From positions 466-64,465 of the forward strand of contig CAYMNK010000006.1 of NCBI GenBank assembly GCA_964391805.1: a stretch of 64,000 nt of DNA. Reading direction: 5' to 3'. Below the pieces are notes generated by a model that was not told where the DNA came from, did no database searches, and saw only the letters and a list, made by a program, of their open reading frames with translations. Of this stretch, positions 55,223 through 62,798 are shown one piece after another. A program made the position numbers and the translations under genes. Source of the DNA: an uncultured Christensenellaceae bacterium (GTDB lineage: Bacteria > Bacillota > Clostridia > Christensenellales > CAG-1252). Numbering within the stretch: position 1 is the first letter of the stretch; each line of letters opens with the position of its first letter.

Positions 55223-56824
55223 TTATTTTTCCGAATCACTCGATTCGAATTTGTTTTTTATTTTATCTTTTAGTAATAGCGTATTGACTTTACCGACCGC
55301 AGTTAGCATCAATTTATCCTCAATGAGAATGTATTCGGGACAACTCAATACCGACAGTTTATCTTTGACATACGCTTTAATTTTTCCTTGAACGTCGGTG
55401 ACAGATTTATCTTTAAGAACCACCGCGGTAGCGATTCTTTCTACATCCTGCTTGTCGGTATATCCAAATACGACCACGTCTTTGATAAAGTCAAGTTCGC
55501 CTATGCATGCCTCTATCTGAGACGGGAATATCTTAACGCCTTTACGCTTAATTATGTTTTTAATACGCGACGATAGGAATACGAAGCCTTCGCTATCAAC
55601 TCTACCATAGTCACCCGTTCTTAGCCATTTTTCACCATTATAATCGAATATGATTTTAGCGGTATTGACAGAATCATTGTAATATCCGTTCATCATCGAA
55701 CGAGTACATACACATATTTCACCGTCGAAATCTCTCGGCAATTCGTTTTCGTTATCGAACGCCTCTATTTTGATAGGTCCGAAAATTCTTCCGCAAGAAC
55801 CTTCTTTAAAATATGTCTTACTTTGAGAAACAAATGCCGCTACTGCCTCGCTAAGGCCGTATCCTTCGAGAATAACGGAATACGGAAATGCTTGTTTGAA
55901 CTCCGATTGTAACGACAAAGCAAGTTTTTCACCGCCCGAATAACAAACTGAAAATTTGGGCAACAATTCACCGTTAAACATCCCGGTTGCAAGCATCTTT
56001 TTAAACATCACAGGTACGCCGAACATCACTTCGATATCATGTTTGGCTAAATCTTTTACGATATCCTTTGGTCTAAACTTGGTGCGAACAAATTGATTAA
56101 AGGAAGTCGATATCTGTGTATGAAATACACTCAAGCCGTAGCCGTAAAACATGGGTAGAATGTATAACGCATTAGCATCAACCGGTAATGTGTAACTGTT
56201 TTCGTCAAGATTGTTGATGATGTAAAATGCCGAGGTGTTTACCGCAACTTGTGACAACATTACCGTCTTAGGATCGCCGGTTGTGCCACCGCTATTTAGT
56301 AGAAATGCAGTTCTATTCGGGTTAACGTCGGGTAAAGCACGCACACGTTTATTCCGTTTAAAAAAAACCTTTTCAAATGGAATTCCGTCGGTTTCGATGC
56401 GTTGTTTGGATAAATATATCCTTTGGATAAACCCTGCAAAATGGCTGAAATCAACCCTGATTTTCTCTACCGATTCGAATTCACCCGCTGTGATTGTAGA
56501 AATGAATAGCCGTCTACTCGAGGTTTTTGTCATTATCTCAAGTATTTGTTTTTCCGCTATAAGAGGCGATATCATACTCGCCACGGCACCGATATTAGAT
56601 ATAGCGTACACGAGCATCGCTAACTGCGGACAGTTGGGTAATGCTATTGTGACGACTTCATCCTTTTTAATGCCATAATCTATCAAATTGTATGAAAGAC
56701 GGTCGATAAGTTCGAAAAACTTACCGTATTTGATAATTCCGCCGTAAAATTCGATAAATCTATTTGGATTTGCGTTTTCTCTTGCGAAATCAAGTGCTTT
56801 TTTGTTGCAATCGAGCTCAATCAT
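55223..56824 (-). CDS. AMP-dependent synthetase/ligase (acyl-CoA ligase-like)
   Basis: LLNSGGTTGDPKTV (AMP-binding motif), EGYGLSEA, RTGDYG, final K in IKRKGVKI. 533 aa. Confidence 0.85.
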   Translation of the reverse strand: MIELDCNKKALDFARENANPNRFIEFYGGIIKYGKFFELIDRLSYNLIDYGIKKDEVVTIALPNCPQLAMLVYAISNIGAVASMISPLIAEKQILEIMTKTSSRRLFISTITAGEFESVEKIRVDFSHFAGFIQRIYLSKQRIETDGIPFEKVFFKRNKRVRALPDVNPNRTAFLLNSGGTTGDPKTVMLSQVAVNTSAFYIINNLDENSYTLPVDANALYILPMFYGYGLSVFHTQISTSFNQFVRTKFRPKDIVKDLAKHDIEVMFGVPVMFKKMLATGMFNGELLPKFSVCYSGGEKLALSLQSEFKQAFPYSVILEGYGLSEAVAAFVSQSKTYFKEGSCGRIFGPIKIEAFDNENELPRDFDGEICVCTRSMMNGYYNDSVNTAKIIFDYNGEKWLRTGDYGRVDSEGFVFLSSRIKNIIKRKGVKIFPSQIEACIGELDFIKDVVVFGYTDKQDVERIATAVVLKDKSVTDVQGKIKAYVKDKLSVLSCPEYILIEDKLMLTAVGKVNTLLLKDKIKNKFESSDSEK

Positions 56825-57237
56825 TAAAGCGATTTGAGAATTTCACCGACAAGTTTCATATCGACTGTACCGGAGTAGTTCGCTTTGAAGTGACGCATTA
56901 CCGTGGGAACCGATTTATCCTCTAAAGATAGAATGATTTCCTTAATTTGCTCTGCGGTGAGTTGCTTAGGAAGGTACGCTTCGACTGCGGAAAGTTGGTT
57001 GGTTAATGATTCAACTTCTTCCGTTCTGTTTGCCTTAATGAATCCTTCGCGCTCTTCTTTTAGTTCTTTCATCGCTTTACGAATGGCGTTATTGACATCG
57101 GCCTCGGTCAACTCACCGTTACCGCTCTTCTCTTGAACCATAAGCAATGAAATAACAACGTTAAGACCTTTTACGGTGTCGTTATCGTGAGCTTTCATTG
57201 CAACGATTTTTGCCTTTTTTAAATCTTGTAGAGTCAT
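56824..57237 (-). CDS. GatB/YqeY domain protein
   Basis: ATG 57237 (MTLQDLKKAKIVAMKAHD) after AAGGAG. Typical YqeY sequence through ..VDMKLVGEILKSL. The track ORF carries a spurious 47-codon N-terminal extension. Confidence 0.85.
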   Translation of the reverse strand: MTLQDLKKAKIVAMKAHDNDTVKGLNVVISLLMVQEKSGNGELTEADVNNAIRKAMKELKEEREGFIKANRTEEVESLTNQLSAVEAYLPKQLTAEQIKEIILSLEDKSVPTVMRHFKANYSGTVDMKLVGEILKSL

Positions 57238-57274
57238 AATTATCTCCTTGCCCGAATGTGTTTCGAGCATTGTT

Positions 57275-59701
57275 TTATTTGTTTTTCTTTTTGAATCCGT
57301 CCACGAATTTCTTAAATCCGCCCTTGACTCCATTAAACATATCGACCAAGCCTGCAATCGAATACATCGAAAGCACACCGCCCGAAAAACCGCACAATCC
57401 TCTTAGTGGCATACACTCCACAGAACGCACGATCATTTCGGCGTTTAGCGATTCGCTTGCCATAAACTTGCTTGCGATTTTGGCAATTCTCAATATGAAT
57501 TTGCCGAGTCCTGTGAAGGACGCCTCGCCTATGGTCGTATTCATAGTAAATTCACCTTTTTTATACGATTCATTAGACGGAATGGGTTTACCGAGCAATT
57601 TTTCAAACTGTTCGTCAGGTATCTCGTCAACTTTTGCAATATCCCTATATGAATCAAGTCCGCTCGTATCGGGTATAGGCAAGTCATCACCTACAACCGA
57701 AATCGGTACAGTTAGACGAATATCTCTCGAAGACGAACCTACCAGCAATTCATAGTCACCCGATAGGATACTCCAATCGTTTTCAGCGGTATTGTAGTAA
57801 GCAAATGACCTATCGTCGAGCGTCAATTCTACAGTCACGGTTTCGCCCTTAGGAACGAATACCTTATGGAATGCTTTGAGTTCTTTATCCGCTTTGAATA
57901 TCGGTGAATTACGATGGCGAACATATAGTTGTGCGACTTCCTCACCGTCATATTCGCCAATGTTTTTTATATCAACGGTAACAGTTAATGTATCACCCTT
58001 ATTGAAGTCCGATCTTGACTTTACATTCGAATATTCGAATTCGGTATACGATAAGCCGTGCCCGAATGGATATGCGGGGGTTTTATCGGCGCTGTCGAAA
58101 TATCTATATCCTACATAGATCGATTCGCGATATTCCACCGTTCGAGGTCCCTGTGGAAAATACTTATTCGATATACAATCGTCAAGGGATTCGGGAAATG
58201 TTTCTGCCAACTTACCGGACGGATTGACAACTCCGTACAACAATTCGTAAGTCGCTTCGCCAACTGCCTCACCAAGCAAATATGTGTTAAGTATCGCTTT
58301 TGCTTTATCACGTGTGGGAATAACCACAGGCGATCCGCATTGTAATACGATTATGAGGTCTCCTTCTAATCCGCTTAACTCTTCAAGCAATCTTACTTGT
58401 CCATCCGGAATATTTATATGAGTTCTATCGAATCCTTCGCTTTCATAAACATCGGTAAGACCGACCACTGCCACAATTTTTTGTTTATTACGAGCACGAT
58501 TGACGGCCTCGTTAAGTAACTTCTTATTATAACCGTCACCGGTGAGTAAGTAACCTTCGGCATACTCGACATCTCGTCCGTTTTGTTTGAAAGCATCTAT
58601 AATATTTACCGTATTTCTCGATGCTATTCTACTACTTCCCGAACCTTGATAACGGCAATTCTCCGCAAGTTTACCTACAATTATTATGTCGTCGGTATCT
58701 TTAAGTGGCAATGCTTGTCCTTCGTTTTTAAGCAATACCGCCGAATGGGTACCCATTTGTTTACATAATATATGATGCTTATCGTAATCGGCTTTATAGT
58801 CGGGAATACGCTTATCGGCACATTCGTTGACATAGTTGAGCACGTCGAGTACCGCTTTATCGAGATCGGCTTCAGTGAGTTTGCCCTCTAAGACGGCATT
58901 TAATACCAATTTATCATGTACTCCTTTAGTACCGGGCATTTGTAAATCAAGACCTGCTTTGATACCTTCTACTCGGTCGCTGACAGCTCCCCAATCGGAA
59001 ACGACAAGTCCTCTATATCCCCATTCGGTACGCAATATGTCTGTGAGAAATCTCTTACTCTCGCTAACATACACGCCATCGATACGGTTGTATGATGCCA
59101 TGATTTGTTGAGGATTAGCCGTTTTAACGACCTTTTCAAAAGCGGAAAGATATATTTCCCTAAGCGCTCTTTCATCGATAACGGAGTCGATAGACATTCG
59201 GTTATACTCTTGATTATTACAAGCAAAGTGCTTAAGAGAAGTACCGATACCGCAAGATTGGACGCCCTCGACAAAGGATGTTGCCATAGTGCCTGAAAGG
59301 AAGGGATCTTCGGAATAATACTCAAAATTTCTACCGCATAAAGGGGACCTTTTGATGTTGATACCGGGGCCTAATATTGTAGAAATATTTTGGTCGTGTG
59401 CTTCCTCCGCAATGGCTACGCCGACCTGTTTTATAAGATCGGTATCCCACGAGCTTGCCATTGTTACGGCAGGCGGGAAGCATGTTGCCGGTTCACTGCC
59501 TTTCATTATATTGAGTCCGCCCTTGCCCGAATCGGCACCGAATTCCTTACGCAATCCGTGCGGACCGTCTGTCATAGTTATAGCGGGGATGCCCAGTCTT
59601 TCGATAGGCTTCGTAGTCCAAAAATACAAACCGCTGATAAGGCTCGTTTTTTCTTCAAGCGTTAATTCGGATAAAACTTTCTCGGTATCGAACATGGGCA
59701 T
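57275..59701 (-). CDS. glycoside hydrolase family 3 beta-glucosidase (808 aa, with extra C-terminal amphipathic extension)
   Basis: GH3 motifs GPHGLR, KHFACNNQE, RGLVVSDWGAV. Fn3-like domain (GHGLSYTEFEY). Confidence 0.9.
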   Translation of the reverse strand: MPMFDTEKVLSELTLEEKTSLISGLYFWTTKPIERLGIPAITMTDGPHGLRKEFGADSGKGGLNIMKGSEPATCFPPAVTMASSWDTDLIKQVGVAIAEEAHDQNISTILGPGINIKRSPLCGRNFEYYSEDPFLSGTMATSFVEGVQSCGIGTSLKHFACNNQEYNRMSIDSVIDERALREIYLSAFEKVVKTANPQQIMASYNRIDGVYVSESKRFLTDILRTEWGYRGLVVSDWGAVSDRVEGIKAGLDLQMPGTKGVHDKLVLNAVLEGKLTEADLDKAVLDVLNYVNECADKRIPDYKADYDKHHILCKQMGTHSAVLLKNEGQALPLKDTDDIIIVGKLAENCRYQGSGSSRIASRNTVNIIDAFKQNGRDVEYAEGYLLTGDGYNKKLLNEAVNRARNKQKIVAVVGLTDVYESEGFDRTHINIPDGQVRLLEELSGLEGDLIIVLQCGSPVVIPTRDKAKAILNTYLLGEAVGEATYELLYGVVNPSGKLAETFPESLDDCISNKYFPQGPRTVEYRESIYVGYRYFDSADKTPAYPFGHGLSYTEFEYSNVKSRSDFNKGDTLTVTVDIKNIGEYDGEEVAQLYVRHRNSPIFKADKELKAFHKVFVPKGETVTVELTLDDRSFAYYNTAENDWSILSGDYELLVGSSSRDIRLTVPISVVGDDLPIPDTSGLDSYRDIAKVDEIPDEQFEKLLGKPIPSNESYKKGEFTMNTTIGEASFTGLGKFILRIAKIASKFMASESLNAEMIVRSVECMPLRGLCGFSGGVLSMYSIAGLVDMFNGVKGGFKKFVDGFKKKNK

Positions 59702-59718
59702 TTCCTCGATTTAACTAA

Positions 59719-61095
59719 TTAGAATTCCAATTTCTTTTGAACAAAATCGACAACCTCGTCTACCGATAGTCTGATTTGTTCCATAGAATCTCTGTCACGC
59801 AATGTGACTGTACCGTTTTCTAACGTATCGAAGTCGATGGTTACGCAGAAAGGCGTACCCGATTGATCTTGTCTACGATAACGCTTACCGATAGAACCTG
59901 CTTCGTCATACACACACATAAACTTCTTGGATAATTGCTTATAGACTTCCTTTGCCTTTTCGGAAAGATTCTTTTGCAAGGGAAGAACTGCGACCTTATA
60001 AGGTGCGATGAACGGATGGAAGTGCATAACTACTCTTGTATCACCGCCTTCGAGTGTTTCCTCGTCGTATGCGTCGCATAGACAAGCAAGCAACAATCTG
60101 TCGCATCCGATTGAATATTCTACAACGCTGGGGATGTATTTTTCGTTGGTTACGGGATCCAAGTAAAGCATGCTCTTACCCGAATACTCTTGGTGACGGC
60201 TGAGGTCGTAGTCGGTACGATTGTGAATGCCGTTTAATTCGCTCCAACCGATAGGGAATAGATACTCGATATCACAAGCAGCCTTTGCATAGTGAGCGAG
60301 TTTGTCATGATCGTGGAAACGCAATTCGTCGGGATTGAAGCCTAATGAAATGACGAAATCCCAAGCTTTTTGCTTATATTCATGATAGAAACGCTCCGAC
60401 TCTTCTGCCTTACAGAATAATTGATGCTCCATTTGTTCGAATTCGATCGTTCTAAAAATGAAGTTACCCGGAGTGATCTCGTTACGGAACGATTTACCGA
60501 TTTGAGCGATCCCGAAGGGAACTTTTGCACGAGATGTGCGTTGAACGTTCAAAAAGTTGACGTATTCACCCTGTGCCGTTTCGGGACGTAGGTAAATGAT
60601 ATCTTGACCGCCCTCGGTAACACCGCGTGAAGTCGAGAACATCATATTGAATTGACGAATATTTGTCCAATTGTGATTACCGCAACGAGGACAATTGATG
60701 TGATGTTCCTCGATATACTTTTCCATTTCTTCATTAGTCATGAGATCGGGATTAACATCACCTTTTGCATGTTCCGAAATAAGGGTATCCGCTCTAAAAC
60801 GGCTCTTACATGACTTACAATCCATTTTAGGATCGGAGAAACTTGCGGTATGACCGCTTGCATCCCAAACTCTGGGGTTCATGAGGATAGCGGCATCTAC
60901 GCCGAATGAATTATCCGATTCTTGGACGAATTTCTTCCACCAAGCTTTTTTGATATTGTTTTTAAGTTCAACACCTAAAGGACCGTAGTCCCATGTGTTA
61001 GCGAGACCGCCGTAGATATCACTACCGGGGTAAACGAAACCGACGGATTTACAATGAGTAACTAATTTATCCATAGTTAAGCATTTTCTTGACAT
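59719..61095 (-). CDS. glyQS: glycine--tRNA ligase (dimeric class II type)
   Basis: ..GFVYPGSDIYGGLANTWDYGPLG.., class II motifs (FRNEITPGNFIFRTIEFEQME; GCDRLLLA). 458 aa. RBS AAGGAG 6 nt upstream. Confidence 0.95.
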   Translation of the reverse strand: MSRKCLTMDKLVTHCKSVGFVYPGSDIYGGLANTWDYGPLGVELKNNIKKAWWKKFVQESDNSFGVDAAILMNPRVWDASGHTASFSDPKMDCKSCKSRFRADTLISEHAKGDVNPDLMTNEEMEKYIEEHHINCPRCGNHNWTNIRQFNMMFSTSRGVTEGGQDIIYLRPETAQGEYVNFLNVQRTSRAKVPFGIAQIGKSFRNEITPGNFIFRTIEFEQMEHQLFCKAEESERFYHEYKQKAWDFVISLGFNPDELRFHDHDKLAHYAKAACDIEYLFPIGWSELNGIHNRTDYDLSRHQEYSGKSMLYLDPVTNEKYIPSVVEYSIGCDRLLLACLCDAYDEETLEGGDTRVVMHFHPFIAPYKVAVLPLQKNLSEKAKEVYKQLSKKFMCVYDEAGSIGKRYRRQDQSGTPFCVTIDFDTLENGTVTLRDRDSMEQIRLSVDEVVDFVQKKLEF

Positions 61096-61173
61096 AAAAA
61101 ACTCCTTTTAATATCGTAATTCTAATGGCACTCTATCCTATTTGGACAAAATACCCATTTTGATATTATATTA

Positions 61174-61202
61174 ATAATAATTTATGTAGTATAAAAAGTC
61201 AA
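61174..61202 (-). promoter_or_regulatory. possible proximal glyQS promoter (TTGACT-17-TATTAT)
   Basis: -35 at 61202-61197, -10 at 61179-61174. It competes with the stronger distal promoter at 61485-61513. Confidence 0.35.
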
Positions 61203-61224
61203 GTATTTAGTATTTTCTTACATA

Positions 61225-61302
61225 AAAAAATCGTTCTTCAAAAATAATAGTGAATTCCCAAAGTAAATTCTACAACGGAATTTACTTTGGGAATTCACTA
61301 TT
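61225..61302 (-). terminator. very strong hairpin (perfect 25-bp stem, 7-nt loop) followed by a U-rich tract on the minus strand
   Basis: AATAGTGAATTCCCAAAGTAAATTC (61246-61270) / tacaacg / GAATTTACTTTGGGAATTCACTATT (61278-61302). On the minus strand it is followed by ATTTTTGAAGAACGATTTTTTT. Confidence 0.6.
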
Positions 61303-61388
61303 TGGATACATTTCAAATTACATAGCAAGTTAAAATAAATGTAAAACTGAATGCCTTTTTTAAGGTTGTCGTGTTGACGACATAATTA

Positions 61389-61412
61389 ATGAGCCGATGG
61401 GCTCATTTTTTT
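61389..61412 (+). terminator. orphan plus-strand terminator-like hairpin
   Basis: ATGAGCC-gatg-GGCTCAT followed by TTTTTTT. There is no plus-strand gene upstream of it. Confidence 0.4.
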
Positions 61413-61484
61413 ATACCCTAAAACGTGGTTAACAGCATTACTTTTTATTTTTCTTTCTATATAAAAGAAATATTCCACTCATCT

Positions 61485-61513
61485 ATTATAGCACAGCAAA
61501 CCCTACGATTCAA
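61485..61513 (-). promoter_or_regulatory. strong extended -10 promoter facing glyQS (TTGAAT-17-TGcTATAAT)
   Basis: Derived base by base: -35 at 61513-61508, 17-nt spacer cgtagggtttgctgtgc, -10 at 61490-61485 with TG at -15/-14. Confidence 0.55.
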
Positions 61514-61739
61514 TAGTCAATTGTGATTTTTTTGACACATTTTTGTAATATTTATCAAGTTTTATTATATTTCGACATTAAATACTACCTACTATTAATC
61601 TCTTGTTCGGACTTAGCTTCCAATGTTATGCGTCACACTTTACACTTAACTAAAAACGTTATCAGTTTAAGTGAGATAAGTAAAATTAACAATTCCCATG
61701 ATTTTTGCCGAATTTTGCTTATAAATAACGGAGTCGATA

Positions 61740-61768
61740 TTGACACGCCTTTATTTTAGGAGTAAAAT
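61740..61768 (+). promoter_or_regulatory. promoter for the small-protein/GNAT pair (TTGACA-17-TAAAAT)
   Basis: TTGACA 61740-61745, TAAAAT 61763-61768, about 30 nt upstream of ATG 61800 (RBS AAGGAGG). Confidence 0.55.
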
Positions 61769-61799
61769 ATATTAAAGGATTTTGTAAGGAGGCTACAAA

Positions 61800-62012
61800 A
61801 TGAAAGAGAGAAAAAAGGAAAAACGCTTTGTAAGAGTGTTTAATGAATATTCTACATGCGATACTCGCACAGATATTTTCATTGATAAAGAAACAGGTAT
61901 TAATTATTTGCTAATGCGTAATGGCTATTCCTCTACAATAACGCCACTTCTCGACACCGAGGGGAAGCCCATAGTAAGCGATATTGACAGTATAGGAGTT
62001 AAAAATGAATAA
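61800..62012 (+). CDS. small conserved hypothetical protein (70 aa; resembles DUF6440-type small proteins, from memory)
   Basis: Strong RBS. ..FIDKETGINYLLMRNGYSSTITPLLDTEGKPIV.. resembles a small-protein family common in Clostridia. Overlaps the GNAT start by 8 nt. Confidence 0.6.
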   Translation: MKERKKEKRFVRVFNEYSTCDTRTDIFIDKETGINYLLMRNGYSSTITPLLDTEGKPIVSDIDSIGVKNE

Positions 62013-62475
62013 TTCGGTCCAAATAATTAGATTAAGCGACAATCCGGAATATAAAGAACGGATGGCGCAATGGTTTCACCAAAAATGGGGAATCCCCCTA
62101 TCCGCATATTTGGAAAGCATGGAAGAAGGATTATCCAATGATAACGCATACCCCGAATGGTATGTTGCCTTATCAAATGACCGTATTGTCGGTGGATTGG
62201 GCGTCATCGAAAACGATTTTCACGAACGCAAGGATTTAAAGCCGAATGTGTGCGCAGTATATGTAGAAGAAGATATGAGATGTAATGGCATTGCCGGGCG
62301 TCTTCTCAACCTTGTTTGTGACGACATGAGCGAACGCGGAATAGACACCCTTTATCTTTTGACAGACCATACCGGTTTTTATGAGCGCTACGGATGGAAT
62401 TTCTTATGTCCTGTATACGGCGACGGCGAAGAAGAACCGTCACGTATGTACGTTCATAAACAATTATTAGATTAA
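62005..62475 (+). CDS. GNAT-family N-acetyltransferase
   Basis: 156 aa. MAQWFHQKWGIPLSAYLESM.. N-terminus, acetyl-CoA motif region YVEEDMRCNGIAGRLLNLV, C-terminal FYERYGW. Confidence 0.85.
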   Translation: MNNSVQIIRLSDNPEYKERMAQWFHQKWGIPLSAYLESMEEGLSNDNAYPEWYVALSNDRIVGGLGVIENDFHERKDLKPNVCAVYVEEDMRCNGIAGRLLNLVCDDMSERGIDTLYLLTDHTGFYERYGWNFLCPVYGDGEEEPSRMYVHKQLLD

Positions 62476-62506
62476 TATCAAAAAAAAAGGCTAAAGGCCA
62501 ATATTG

Positions 62507-62537
62507 AAGGACAGTGGAAATGCATTGTCCTTTTTGT
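62507..62537 (+). terminator. terminator after the GNAT gene
   Basis: AGGACA-12 nt-TGTCCT followed by TTTTTGTTT. Confidence 0.5.
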
Positions 62538-62652
62538 TTGATGGTATAGGTTATCGTCCGCAAGATACCAAATTGTTGCACAATTTGATTCTCACTTCGT
62601 TCGAATTTCGACTTCGCTCAGTATGACGGCGGACGAAAACCGGTATGACATA
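62537..62652 (+). repeat. intergenic structured repeat family, locus 6
   Basis: TTTGATGGT, GTTATCGTCCGCAAGATACC (62550), GATTCTCACTTCGTTCGAATTTCGACTT, core CGCTCAGTATGAC (62615-62627), GGCGGACGAAAAC. Near-identical to the reverse complement of 35521-35640. Confidence 0.9.
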
Positions 62653-62707
62653 TTTAATTATTCGAATAGCGTATTCTTCCTTTCTTTTTTTCTCTATTAT
62701 GTTGGGG

Positions 62708-62736
62708 TTGATTTTATTATAATTTTCGGTTATAAT
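62708..62736 (+). promoter_or_regulatory. promoter for the last gene (TTGATT-17-TATAAT)
   Basis: TTGATT 62708-62713, TATAAT 62731-62736. Confidence 0.5.
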
Positions 62737-62798
62737 CTATATTGTGTAATACTTGAAAATTGATTTATGTTTAACATAAGGAGATTTGCGGAGGATAA

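Larger units (their letters stand above)
61225..61478 (-). ncRNA. candidate about 250-nt ORF-less transcript, or a long structured glyQS leader
   Basis: Bounded by the extended -10 promoter at 61485-61513 and the 25-bp-stem terminator. No ORF longer than 14 codons. Contains further hairpins (ATGAGCC-n4-GGCTCAT; TGTCG-n6-CGACA). No match to RNA families I can recognise by eye. Confidence 0.35.

Noticed and set aside
61523-61759. 78-aa plus-strand ORF in the glyQS / small-protein intergenic region
   Set aside because: The region is AT-rich, the ORF has a TTG/GTG-type start without an RBS, the sequence is Leu/Ile/Phe-rich junk, and it overlaps the predicted promoter of the 61800 gene.
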